A DNA stretch of 64,000 nt, taken from positions 29,016,001-29,080,000 of the forward strand of contig CAIIXF020000001.1 in NCBI GenBank assembly GCA_903813345.2, in the 5' to 3' direction. Both the position numbers and the translations under genes were made by a program. Each line of letters opens with the position of its first letter. Positions within the stretch are counted from its first letter, which is position 1. Positions 27,701 through 39,700 of the stretch are shown here, piece by piece. This DNA comes from Owenia fusiformis. Its lineage: Eukaryota. Below the pieces are notes generated by a model, which saw only the letters and a program-made list of their open reading frames with translations, was not told the DNA's origin and ran no database searches.

Positions 27701-30700
27701 TGTCAATTCCTTTAACACTAGAAGTGTACATCAACAAACAACTATTCCTGTTGTATTTTCACTACCTTTCATAAGCAAACAGCATGAAATACTAGCCAAT
27801 ATCTTTGAATGAGAATATTGCACATCTTGTGTTGTATTTAGGTTAGAGGTTGTCGTTCAAAGCGGGGTTCAAAGTTCAACTTTAGTTCACCGGCAAGCTG
27901 GCTAACAAGTCATGCTGACATACAAGATTTACTGTAATCCCTTTTACTTTTCTCAATGTTTATTTTAGCAATTTTTAAATTTTTATCGATCTAATTGGAA
28001 TTCATTTATTGTGGCAGTCAACATTAGGCCTATTAGGATATAAATCTGTCATATAAAACATCGTTCCACGGATGTTGAAAACAAAGAAATATAAAGCTTT
28101 ATATCTGTTTTTTAGGATTCTATGAAAGAACAAACGGTATGTGACTGTGAAAAACTGACCACCTCAGATGTGGATGGGTCCACATTTGATGGGCCCATCA
28201 ATAAACTGAAAAAGACAGAATGTATTAAGTGGCTGTTGTGCCGAAATATAAAACCTCACCACAAGGATACGTTAGCGTCGGTTCGTGTTAAAGTGCAACA
28301 GACCAAGAAAAAACAAACCATCCCAGACTGTGAATTAATAATTAGAGACTCCGATCCAAATAATGCTAATCTCAGATCAAAAAAATCCAGATGCCCCAAA
28401 TGTAAGAACAATATGATATAGTTGATCAGAGTAATAAAGAACATGTTATTGTTATATAATATTTATGTGTCAGAGTGGTTGTATTTGAAAATATTACATA
28501 GTTATTAAAGAGGCTCTATACTATAGGAAAGCACAATCAAGACCCCTCTGGACCTTTTTGCATATTGAGTTTCACCACATATTCACCTGACTTACTAAGG
28601 AAGAAGTCCCAAATCCTCCGCTTTCAGTGTTAATTTTTCGATTTTGCTGGCCGATCTAATTATTTTCAATGAAATTAATTCAGTCTGAAGTTTGAATATA
28701 CCGGGAAAATTCTCCTGTTATCTGATTGGTCGTTAAATTTGTTTATCATGAATCTGATTGGCTGTCTGGTTCAAGGGGCATGTACGACTCAACGGGGATT
28801 CCCCTTGCTAGCTGCGGAATTAACTTGTGTTTTATTCTGAAGGTTGGTTGTTCTGTTGATTATTTCAATATACTAGTATCGGCAATAATATACCAAAAAG
28901 TTATTCACAAGATCCATAGTATGCAAGATATTATATGAGCAATAATAATGGGTCATCATCGATTGTCTGAGGGAGAACCTATAGTATAGTGCATCTTTAA
29001 GTTAGTGAAGAGTGCACAATACACTCCAAAATATGCTGTCAGTGTCAGCTATCATAGAGAGTTGATGTAAATAAAATTACTTTACCAAATGGATTGTACA
29101 TTAAAGTGTGCGCCTGACCCGGCTACGTATAGCACAGAGTTTATACTGGCGGATTAGACTAGTTCATTTTTTATATGTGTGTGAAAGCTTTCTCTTATTT
29201 GCGTTTTTTCGTTTAGTACGGTTTTGTTATAACTGCCGAGGTCATATAACTGGGATAAAACAATGATTATCGTTGACTGCCCACACACAAAACATACGTT
29301 GAGTGAACAGTGTTATTACAAACAACAGGCTTTAGAATACAAAGCGTAGTGTGATAATAAGCTGCACACTACCACTGCTGCATGTACATATTACTAATTT
29401 ACTAGGGCTCCCAAAGAGTGGATAGGGAGGTTGTGTTTGTCACTTTTAAATTTTACATTTCAAAATTGTCATTTTACATGTCATAATTTGTTGGTTTCAT
29501 TCGTTTAGCCAATCAAAACATTGTAAAACAATAAATTGTCTGTTACGTACAATCAATTTTGTTCAGTTTTGATTAGTTGTCAGAATAAAGTTACGTTCAT
29601 CTGAATCCATGTATGAAAACAAAAATCCTATTTTCACTTCAAAATACTTCAGTGAGATGAAGGCTCGGAATTGTCACATGCAATAACTTATTGTCGTATT
29701 CGTTATTTTATCTTCTCGATAGTAGCATTTAGTTGCACATTTGATGCCAGGTCACCTTGTCGCGTACCTCTTGGGGAACCCCACATTTATGTGTGTACTC
29801 ATGGAAGTAAATTCCCCGGTGTAGCCGAGAGCCACAAACTTTTCAACAGGTTCGAAATGACCAATTTCTCTCATATATACTCTAAATATTTTATTATTTA
29901 GCACCTACAAAGTATTGCTAATAACCATATGTAATTTCAATAAGGAAACTTATCTGGCTACATATAAATTCAATATCAACACTAGCTGCTCTCTCAACAC
30001 GTCCTGGCTTACCTTGTGGTGACAAACCCTGGGTTTTCGCTATTTATAGTTTATCAACACCTGGACGCATGCGCATTTTATACTTTATCGGGCACTTTAA
30101 CATTTCACTTTGTATTTTTACACGACCTGAGTCATATGCCGAGTCACACTCATCAGCTGATACTAATGTAACATCACTTTGGGAGATAATTGGTGGCTGA
30201 AAAAGTGACAACATGGCTGCGTTAGTCCATATTTGGTTAATCGAACCAAACAATGTTAACTGAATGGGGCGATCAAATATATGATTGCCTTTGACCTTGT
30301 TTACTAAGTATGCTGCGTTCAATATGTATGCGTTCAGCTGCAATTTGCTGTGTTTCTCTGACGTCTGATGCCGACATCTGTTCTTCCATGCCTAGGAATG
30401 GAGGGATATTTAGCCTCACTCCCATTGGGTCTAATAAGTCTTTGATGAGAAACCCTTTATCTGCCATAGCCGCATCATCTTTGTCAAATTGTTGTTGAAA
30501 AAATAAATCATTTTTCATCGTTTATATTCATTGATAAAAATCCAACAAACATAAACACGATTTACAGTAGATGTTTTCGGTTTGGGCAAAGAAAAATAAA
30601 ACTAGATGCCGGAGCCATAATAAACGGATCATCATATTCATTGATAAAATATGGTTCAATAAAAATAGTAAGATTTACAGTAGTAGGTTTATGAGTAATA

Positions 30701-33700
30701 GCGAAGACCCCGTAAACTCATAGGCTTTGGCTAGGATGAAGATGGCTTTGGGATGATCAATAAACATGCATAACTGTCAAATTGTAGATAGTATTTGAGC
30801 TTATTATTAATCACAGCTTTTAATAATACTTGTAAAAACGTACGACAACTAGACAAAATGGAATTGTATTTCAAAATATTACAATAAACATTGCACAATC
30901 TCTGCATGATATGCAGGATATTCGGATCTGTTATAAGGGGTCTTATGAGCAAATTAACATTTTTGAGAATTGCCGGTATATATGGACATATAAATGAGAA
31001 CTCTGTTTGAATATTTAGTTGGAATATACCTATTAAATGACATTGGTACATGGGAGTTTGATTATTCATAGAATATAAAGAAAACTTACCATGATCAGAA
31101 TATAAGTGACACTGAAACCGGCACTGAAAAAGGTAAGTCTGTCACGTACTTTCAGATTTTGATTTTCCCGCTGTACTATGCAGGACAAGACTCCGCGAGT
31201 GACGTCACTGCTGTATTCAGCGGCCTTATGAATATTCATGACGTGACTTTATGGAAAGGTATAGCGCATGCGCGAATTTTTGGGCTTTCAATCAGGTCGC
31301 TTTTGAGTATATCGACTGCTTAGTGAAAAGGTTAATACGTTTGGTGCTCGGAGTGAGTCAATATTGCTATTCGCTGAACTTCAGTGGTGCAATAGTGAAG
31401 TCCATGTTCCAAGTTATATGATAGTTGAAGAAATACTGTAAATAATATCGTTTTAAATTTTAAAATATTTGATATGTCATAGTACACGGTACACAGCTGC
31501 AAAAGTTGATCAATACAGGGTACAATGAATGTAAATTGTTCAATAGTACAGGGAGCGAGAAAGTAAGCTGATTATACTGACATACTATGTCCCGATCTCA
31601 TGTATATTTACGTTGCAAACAGTGAAAATAATACTAAAAAGGCCGCCTGTTGATGCTTTGAGGTGTCATCAATTGTTATTTAATCCAAATAAAGTAAACA
31701 TTATTTAGTAGATTTAGACATGGGCTTTCAGGTCGTAAATGCATTTTAGTCATTAAATTAACAAGAACGCTAGATTATACGTGTTACCAGGGTATCAAAT
31801 TGAAATAAAATAACGAAATTAAATATAAATACGTAAGTGATAAATGACTATTGGCTATCAGGATTAATGTCCTCAAAAACCGATCATTTAAAATAGTTTG
31901 TTCAAAATACCATCATGCCACGACATTTTGTTCTTCACGATTTGCTGTAGAGGTGATATGACGTCGTATTTCTCTATTATTGTAAAAAAACTAATACCAG
32001 ATCGATGTAGTCTTATATGACGTGTTGAATGTCAGATGTTTTTGGATGGTATCTGCTCCAGTGATTTTACATTTAATCATGAAACGCTCATCACAAGACA
32101 CCTCGAAACAAACATTATCCTCCTTGTGACAAGAGGAAAAATGTTTCACAATATGTTATGCCTTACGGCAAAGTAAAGATACATTTCTGGGACAACTATT
32201 TTGCATCTTAAGATTTTAGAAAGACAATTAATTCACAAAAGTACAGTTGAATAACATACTGGAAAACGTATCCACATATAACACGATGACAAGCAGTTTA
32301 AATAACAGTTTACTGGGGTTTTGTTACATATCAATAGTAGATAGAAAACTGAGGGCATCAGAACGCCACGGGCCGCCACGGGCCCGGGGCTTTCAAAATC
32401 TCTGAAGATGAGCAGGAGATATTGATGAGCAGGAGATAAATTAATTGAATGGGGATTAGGAGATAAATTAATTGGATGGGGCTTTCATCTTAAATGGGTG
32501 AGAGATAAGATACGCATGACATCATTGTTATCTTAAATGGGTGAGAGATAAGATGCGCATGACATCATTGTTATCTTAAATGGGTGAGAAATGTATTTCT
32601 TGGACTGAATATTAAAGTACAAAATAAATCCCTTTAATATTATTTTAAATTTGGTATAATCCATTAACAGTGTTTACAATTCTACTTTCAATATTAACCC
32701 AACATTGAAAAGAATCAATAATCCTATTGAGCTGGTCAAACAAATACTGTTGGCATAAAAGGAAAGAGAACTGGATTTTGGATTAAATATGAGTACAGAT
32801 GAAAAGGTTTATTTATTTAAGTCCTATATTGAATTGACCGTTGAAAAGGTTTATTTATTTAAGTTCTATATTGAATTGACCATTTGATCTTACTCTACTT
32901 GATTTCAACAATAATGGTCTTTTAATGTAATAATTGAATGTTGACATTTAACTGTGTGATCACAATGTTAATCCTTCATATTCTAGAACATCTTTTGTTT
33001 AATGTGTTAATCCTTTTTTCTAGAATGATCTAGAGTATATGATATCATCATTTTATGACCTAAGTTTCTTAAAAAATACATGACATCATGCCCTAAAATA
33101 GAATTTGACATCATTTTTACCATATAAAAATCTCCAAAAAGTGTGTGGACCATTTATGAACATGGTAGTAAACAACTGGTGATTTAGACATATCTGTATG
33201 CTTGTTTAAGGTAAGTCCTAAATATTTGTATCATATTCTGTACATGATATTCAATAACACAACATCTAAATGCAGTAGGATCATATATGTTCCAATTTCT
33301 TTGATAAGTTGTTATATATGAATTGTATTTTATGTAAATAATTTCGTAGAAATTGAGCGAATTGTATTTTATGTAAATAATTTCATTGAAATTGAGGGTA
33401 AATAATTTAGTAGAAATTGAGAGAATTTAGCATTGTGACATGGTCGAATACTTTAATTATCATGTACAAATATTCACTGATGTTCACAAGTATTGTTCAC
33501 AAATGTTCACTGATGTTCACAAATGTTCACTAGTATTGTTCACAAATGTTCACTAGTATTGTTCACAAATGTTCACTAGTATTGTTCACAAATGTCCACT
33601 GATGTTCACAAATGTTATCTAGTATTGTTCACAAATGTTCACTGATGTTCACAAATGTTCACTAGTTTTATTCACAAATGTTCACTAGTATTGTTCACAA

Positions 33701-36700
33701 ATGTTCACTGATGTTCACAAATGTTCACTAGTATTGTTCACAAATGTTCACTAGTATTGTTCATAAATGTTCACAAATGTTCACTAGTAATGTTCACAAA
33801 TGTTCACTAGTAATGTTCACAAATGTTCACTAGTAATGTTCACAAATGTTCACTAGTATTGTTCACAAATGTTCACTGATGTTCACAAATGTTCACAAAT
33901 GCTCACTGATGTTCACAAATGTTCACTATTATAGTTCACAAATGTTCACTAGTATTGTTCACAAATGTTCACTAGTATTGTTCATAAATGTTCACAAATG
34001 TTCACTAGTAATGTTCACAAAGGTTCACTGATGTTCACAAATGTTCACTGATGTTCACTAGTATTGTTCACAAATGTTCACTGATGTTCACAAATGTTCA
34101 CTTATGTATTACATCAACATTTATCTAAATTTAAATCATGGTTTGATTATTTAACAACGACACTTAAAACATACTATCATTTAACTGTTATCATTAGACG
34201 AGTCAACATGTCTAAAATTTCTTCTTATTCCTGTGAGTGTGGAAAGACATTTAGTCATGCAACCAGTATGTATCGTCATAAAAGAATAGACCATGCATTG
34301 CAGAAAAGCATCATAAACTCACCTAATAGACAACATGACATGGGAATTTATTCAACAATTCCAGCTATGACATCAACAAAATCAAAAGTGCTCTACCATC
34401 CATTTACTATGATGGTGGTTGGACCGACAGGTTCTGGAAAATCTACATATATAAAGGAACTGATTGACCATGCTGATACTACAATATCTCCAACACCGCA
34501 AAAAATCATATGGTGTTACAGTCAATGGCAACCTCTTTATGACAACATCAAGACAATCAACTCAAATATTGAGTTTATGATGGGAATACCAGACGAATTG
34601 AGTAACCCAGATTTTTTAGATGTGAATCAGAGGAACTTGGTGATCTTTGATGATTTAATGAGTGATATATCAAAAGATACAAGGATTGCTGATTTGTATA
34701 CACGTGGATCACATCATAGAAATCTAAGTGTCATTTGCTTGATGCAGAATTTGTTCCCATGTGGTAGAGAAAGTCGGACTCTCAGTTTAAATTCCCACTA
34801 CATTGTGTTGTATAAGAACCCAAGAGATAGGCAACAAATATCTGTTTTGGCTCATCAAATGTATCCTGGGAAGTCTCACAAGTTATTGGATGCATATGAA
34901 AAGGCTACACATCAACCTTTCAGCTACTTGTTAGTAGACCTCAAGCAAGAAACTCCTGAAAGTATGAGATTGTATAATCCTTCCACAACTTCAAATATAA
35001 TGCTTCAAAAACCATTATCAAAACAAAGTCTGAACAGAGGAATACAATCACAACAACTTGAAAGTAATGGAAATATACCTAATCATGCGGTACCAGAAAC
35101 ACCTCAAATAAATGCAGAGGGTACAAGTATGTATGATATAAAAACTGGAACGTCACCTTATTCCTCTCATTGTGGATGTGACGATATGGTCTCATGTGAT
35201 GACTGTGGTTTAGTCTTTGAGAGTATTCATGATTTACAACATCATGTTAAAAATTGGTGTCAAGGTCATCCGACCAAGAAAATGAAGATTGAAACCAATG
35301 CACAAACAAATAAAGAAGAAGATGATGATCTCAGATTAAATGAAACATTTGTATATTTAAAGAACCTGGCTAGAAATGATAATGAAAAGGATTATGATCA
35401 TAAAGTAAAGGAGTATATAGATAGGGGAAACAATGAAAAGGAGGCTATAGAAAAGGCTGAGAAGAAACTTGTACAAATGGATAAGGAAATATTCATGAAG
35501 CACTATAAGAAGGTCTTAAAACAAGTATTTGGTTTAGCAGACAATGTATTACATAGAAATATTGTAGATGAAGTAAATGATATGTTAATGAGAGGTGTCT
35601 CTAGAGATCTTGCAATCAGAAAGATACTTGTGAAAAATGAACATAAGTTTAGTGAGCTATTTATAGATACAGATGAAGAAGACAATTCAGATGAAGAATC
35701 TACTGATGAAGAAAAGTCTGATAATTATGATGAAAGCAATGCTAATGAAGAATTTACTGATGAAGAACAATCTAATGATTATGATGAAAGCAATTCTGAA
35801 AGTAGCAGTTGATATATATATATATGTATAATTTCAATACCTGGGACATTATTAAAATATACGTCTATGAGCAAAGATGGAAAAATATGTAGAAAAGAAT
35901 TATTATGATACTTCTAAACCAGCAAGTTTTAGTGGACCTAAAAAATTACATAGAACTTTACAAAAAGTTGGATTTGATGTATCATACTACCAAGTCAAAA
36001 AATGGTTGGATAGTCAGGAAGCTTATAGTCTACAAAGACCATATAGAAGACGGTTTCGGCGTAACAAAGTGTATGTGTCTTACATTGATCAACAATGGGA
36101 TGCTGATTTAATGGATGTCTCTAATATGTCATCGGAGAATGATGGGATACGTTTTATTTTAGTTGTCATTGATATCATGTCCCGTTTTGCATTTGTCAGA
36201 CCACTTAAGAATAAAACTGGACAAGCTGTAGCAGATGCATTTGATGATATCTTTAAAGAAGGGAGAGTACCAGATGTAATACGTAGTGATGCTGGTCAAG
36301 AATTCCGTGCAAAACGTGTACAGACATTGTTACGCAGATGGGGAGTGCGTCATTTTGTTACGCGTAATACTTCCAAGGCAAATTACTCTGAACGTTTTAT
36401 TAAGACATTGAAGACGAAAATAATGAGATACATCACATATAAACAAAATCTTAGATATATTGATAATTTACAGGACTTTGTCAAAAGCTATAATGCTACA
36501 CATCATAGAAGTATTAAAAAAGCACCCCAAGATGTCTCTAAAGATGATGAGCTTAATATTTGGTGGCGTATGTATTATCCTAAATCAATAATAAAAAGTC
36601 AAACCAAATCCAAGCAAATTTTCAAATTCCCTATTGGAGCTCAAGTTAGAATTACACAAGCAAGGCATGTTTTTACCAGAGAATATGATCAACATTGGAC

Positions 36701-39700
36701 TGGAGAGATTTTCAAAATATCTGCTCGATTCATCAGACAAGGTCTACCTCTATATCGCTTGAAAGATTTTGAAGGTGAAGAGATTAAAGGAACATTTTAT
36801 CAACCTGAGCTTCAACGTGTGCATATTGATGAAGACAATCTATATAAAATAGAAAAAGTTTTAAAACAACGCACAAAACAAGGTCAAAAAGAATACTTGG
36901 TACATGAAATATTGGCCTAAGAAATTTGATTCTTGGGTTAAAGCTACGGATATCAAAACCTTTTAATATTGTATATTATACTTAAAATAAATAGAAAAAC
37001 ATTATTTTATGTTATGTTGATATTTATATAAATGTTGAAGTACATCTCATTTTTGTTATTTAGCAATGAAGTATCAAAGTGTGAGGTTCTACTGTATATT
37101 AGTACATATTTTTAAAGTGCTCTTGGCAGAAGAAAATGCAACATCATTAGCACGAATAAGTGCTTCAACACCTTCAAATATATTAGCAATTGAAGAAATA
37201 TCAATTAGTAATTTAGCAATTGGATCTACAAGTGTTTCATTTATGATATTGATGTTTTATTATCTGAAAAAACAAAAGCATGAGAACTATAATATAACAA
37301 AGTTTGCAAAGTTATATGAGATAATACAAAAATCAAATAGTGACACAGACTTTAGTACATCAGTTTAAACAATGGATAAAGACATCTATTTTTATTTAAG
37401 TAGCACTGATTCAACCAATATTTATCCCAATAATACAGCATCAGAGTTTACTGTAAAGTTACCAAGATACTTTTATCTTAAAGGAAAATGGAAAATAGGA
37501 CTTGTTGACATACAGTTACCACCATTGGATTCAAATGATGCATTATTGTATTTAGATGTGTTTTGTGATTTATGCATAGAAAGTGTTGTTGATGGAAATG
37601 TACAACCAATCTTAAGGCGTATTCCAAAGGATTATTCTTGGTTGAGTTTTAATCAAGTATTATACAAGGATGTCGGGAATTGGGAGTTTGATCGCATACA
37701 TGTCTATATAAGAGGAAATGGTAACACACTTGTGTCATTTAAAGACAAACCTTTGACGTGTACACTTCATTTGAAACAAGTATCATGAAATTAGTACCAT
37801 ATGTAGACAGACCAGAACACTGGTTGAAACTTATTAGAGCTGGTAGACAGAATAGATTGAAAGTATCTCAAACAGGAAGAGGTTGGATAAGTGAAGATGA
37901 TATTAAAGATGAACCGAAACAAATAATATCTCCAATGCAAGCTGTCGTTGAGAGAGCAAAAGCTACACTTAAGAGACAGCACTCAAACGAGTCACACGAG
38001 TCAAACGAGTCACGTGATACAATTAGAAAGAAAAAACGTGTATATAAAAGCAAACGCAATAGTAAGTCTTCAGTCAATAAGAAATCTCCACAGGAATACA
38101 AACGTAGGTCAACAAAGACATCACAGAAAAGAAAAAAGTAAATTCAACTCAAATAATTAAAAATGGCATATAAACTCATGAACAGTGCTGATGTAATGAA
38201 TGGGAAATTACAGTTATTTAACACACCTCCAACAGAAAGTAGTGTTGTTAGAAGGAACTATGTTGAGTACAGACCTATCAATCCAATAGACAGTGAGTCT
38301 CCAATAGAGTTCATCTTACCAAACAACACTTCACAGTTTATAGATCTTCAAAATGTAAAGCTATCTGTCAAAGCGCAGGTATTGAAAGCAGATAATTCAT
38401 TACCGAAATATGTGGATTTGACAGATTATGATTCATATGGACCAATAAATAATTGGATTCATTCTTTATGGAGTGAGGTTGAGATATCATTACAACAAAA
38501 TAACATGGCATCATCTGTCTTAAACTATCCTTATAAAAGTATGTTGAAAACATTGTTAACATCTAGTAAAGGAAAATTAGAATCTGAAGGTACGGCATGT
38601 CTGTTTTATATGGACAATGGGATATATCCACCTAATGGAATGGATGCAACAAAACCTCTGGGACAAGGCTCTAACAACATGGGACTAACACAAAGATTTG
38701 TGAAAACTCAAGGTGGAAAAGTAGTTGATATGGAATGTAAATTCCATGAAGATATCTTCAGCATCAACAAATACCTCATTAATGGTGTTGAAGTGAAGAT
38801 AAAACTAAATCATACAAAAAACAGTTTTAGACTTATGACTGATTCAAATGAACAATATAAAGTCAAACTTTTAGATGTACATTTAGAAGTTCCAATGATT
38901 ACAGTTTCAAATGGTATTTTACAAGCATATAATACTGAATTACAGGAGAGAAATGCTGTATATACTTATGATAGAAATGAAATGAAAGTACTCTCATTAC
39001 CTAGTAATATATATTCTTTTAATCAAGATGATTTATTTCAAGGACGTGTACCTACACGATTGTATTGTGTCATTGTGAAAAATGCAGCATATCAAGGAAA
39101 CTATAAACTTAATCCTTACAATTTCATTCATGCAAACACTTCATATGTTGAAATTTCAGTAGATAATGTCCCTACTCCATTTAGAGCATTTCAACCTAAG
39201 TTTGGCTCAAATGATTCACAAGACAAATATGTTCATGAGTTTACACAATTGTTTTCAGATCTTGAACACAATGATGGGTTAAATATAAGCATAGATGATT
39301 TTAAATCTGGTTTTTGTATCTTTAAGTTTGATATAGGCTATAAAGACACATATTCAAATGGTGAAATTCTTCCATTGTTTAAAAAGGGAAATGTAAAACT
39401 TGACATTCATTTTTCTGAGGCAACACCTGAATCATTAAACATTATTTTAATGGCAACATTTCCGGGAAAATTTGAGGTTGACGCATCCCGCAATATTATT
39501 CAGTACTAATATGAATTCACAAGATATAAGTTTTATTTTATCAAATCATCCAGATACTAAGCATAGATTTCTAGGAGTATTTGCAAGTGATCAATTACCA
39601 TCTATTATCATGGATAAAAAATGTTTTATAGCAAATACTAGACCTCACTATGAAATGGGGCAACATTGGGTATGTTATTATAGAGATTCACAAATTGAAT

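Larger units (their letters stand above)
22492..31260. mobile_element. Degenerate ISL2EU (PIF/Harbinger-related) transposon with nested insertions
   Basis: TIR ACCTTTCCATAAAGTC / GACTTTATGGAAAGGT plus subterminal GCAGTGACGTCACTCGCGGA pair; DDE_Tnp_4 remnant on minus, second ORF remnant on plus. Confidence 0.78.

Noticed and set aside
30560-30620. Possible THAP remnant (FSLPKPK...YVC) of the ISL2EU transposase
   Set aside because: Too short and degenerate to call as a separate feature.
32640-32780. Short minus-strand open frame (~43 codons) as a pPolB relic
   Set aside because: No start codon in frame and no polymerase motif recognisable.
33471-34101. CRISPR-like array or coding ORF (33846-34031)
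   Set aside because: No unique spacers and no cas genes; eukaryotic context; the ORF is just translated minisatellite.
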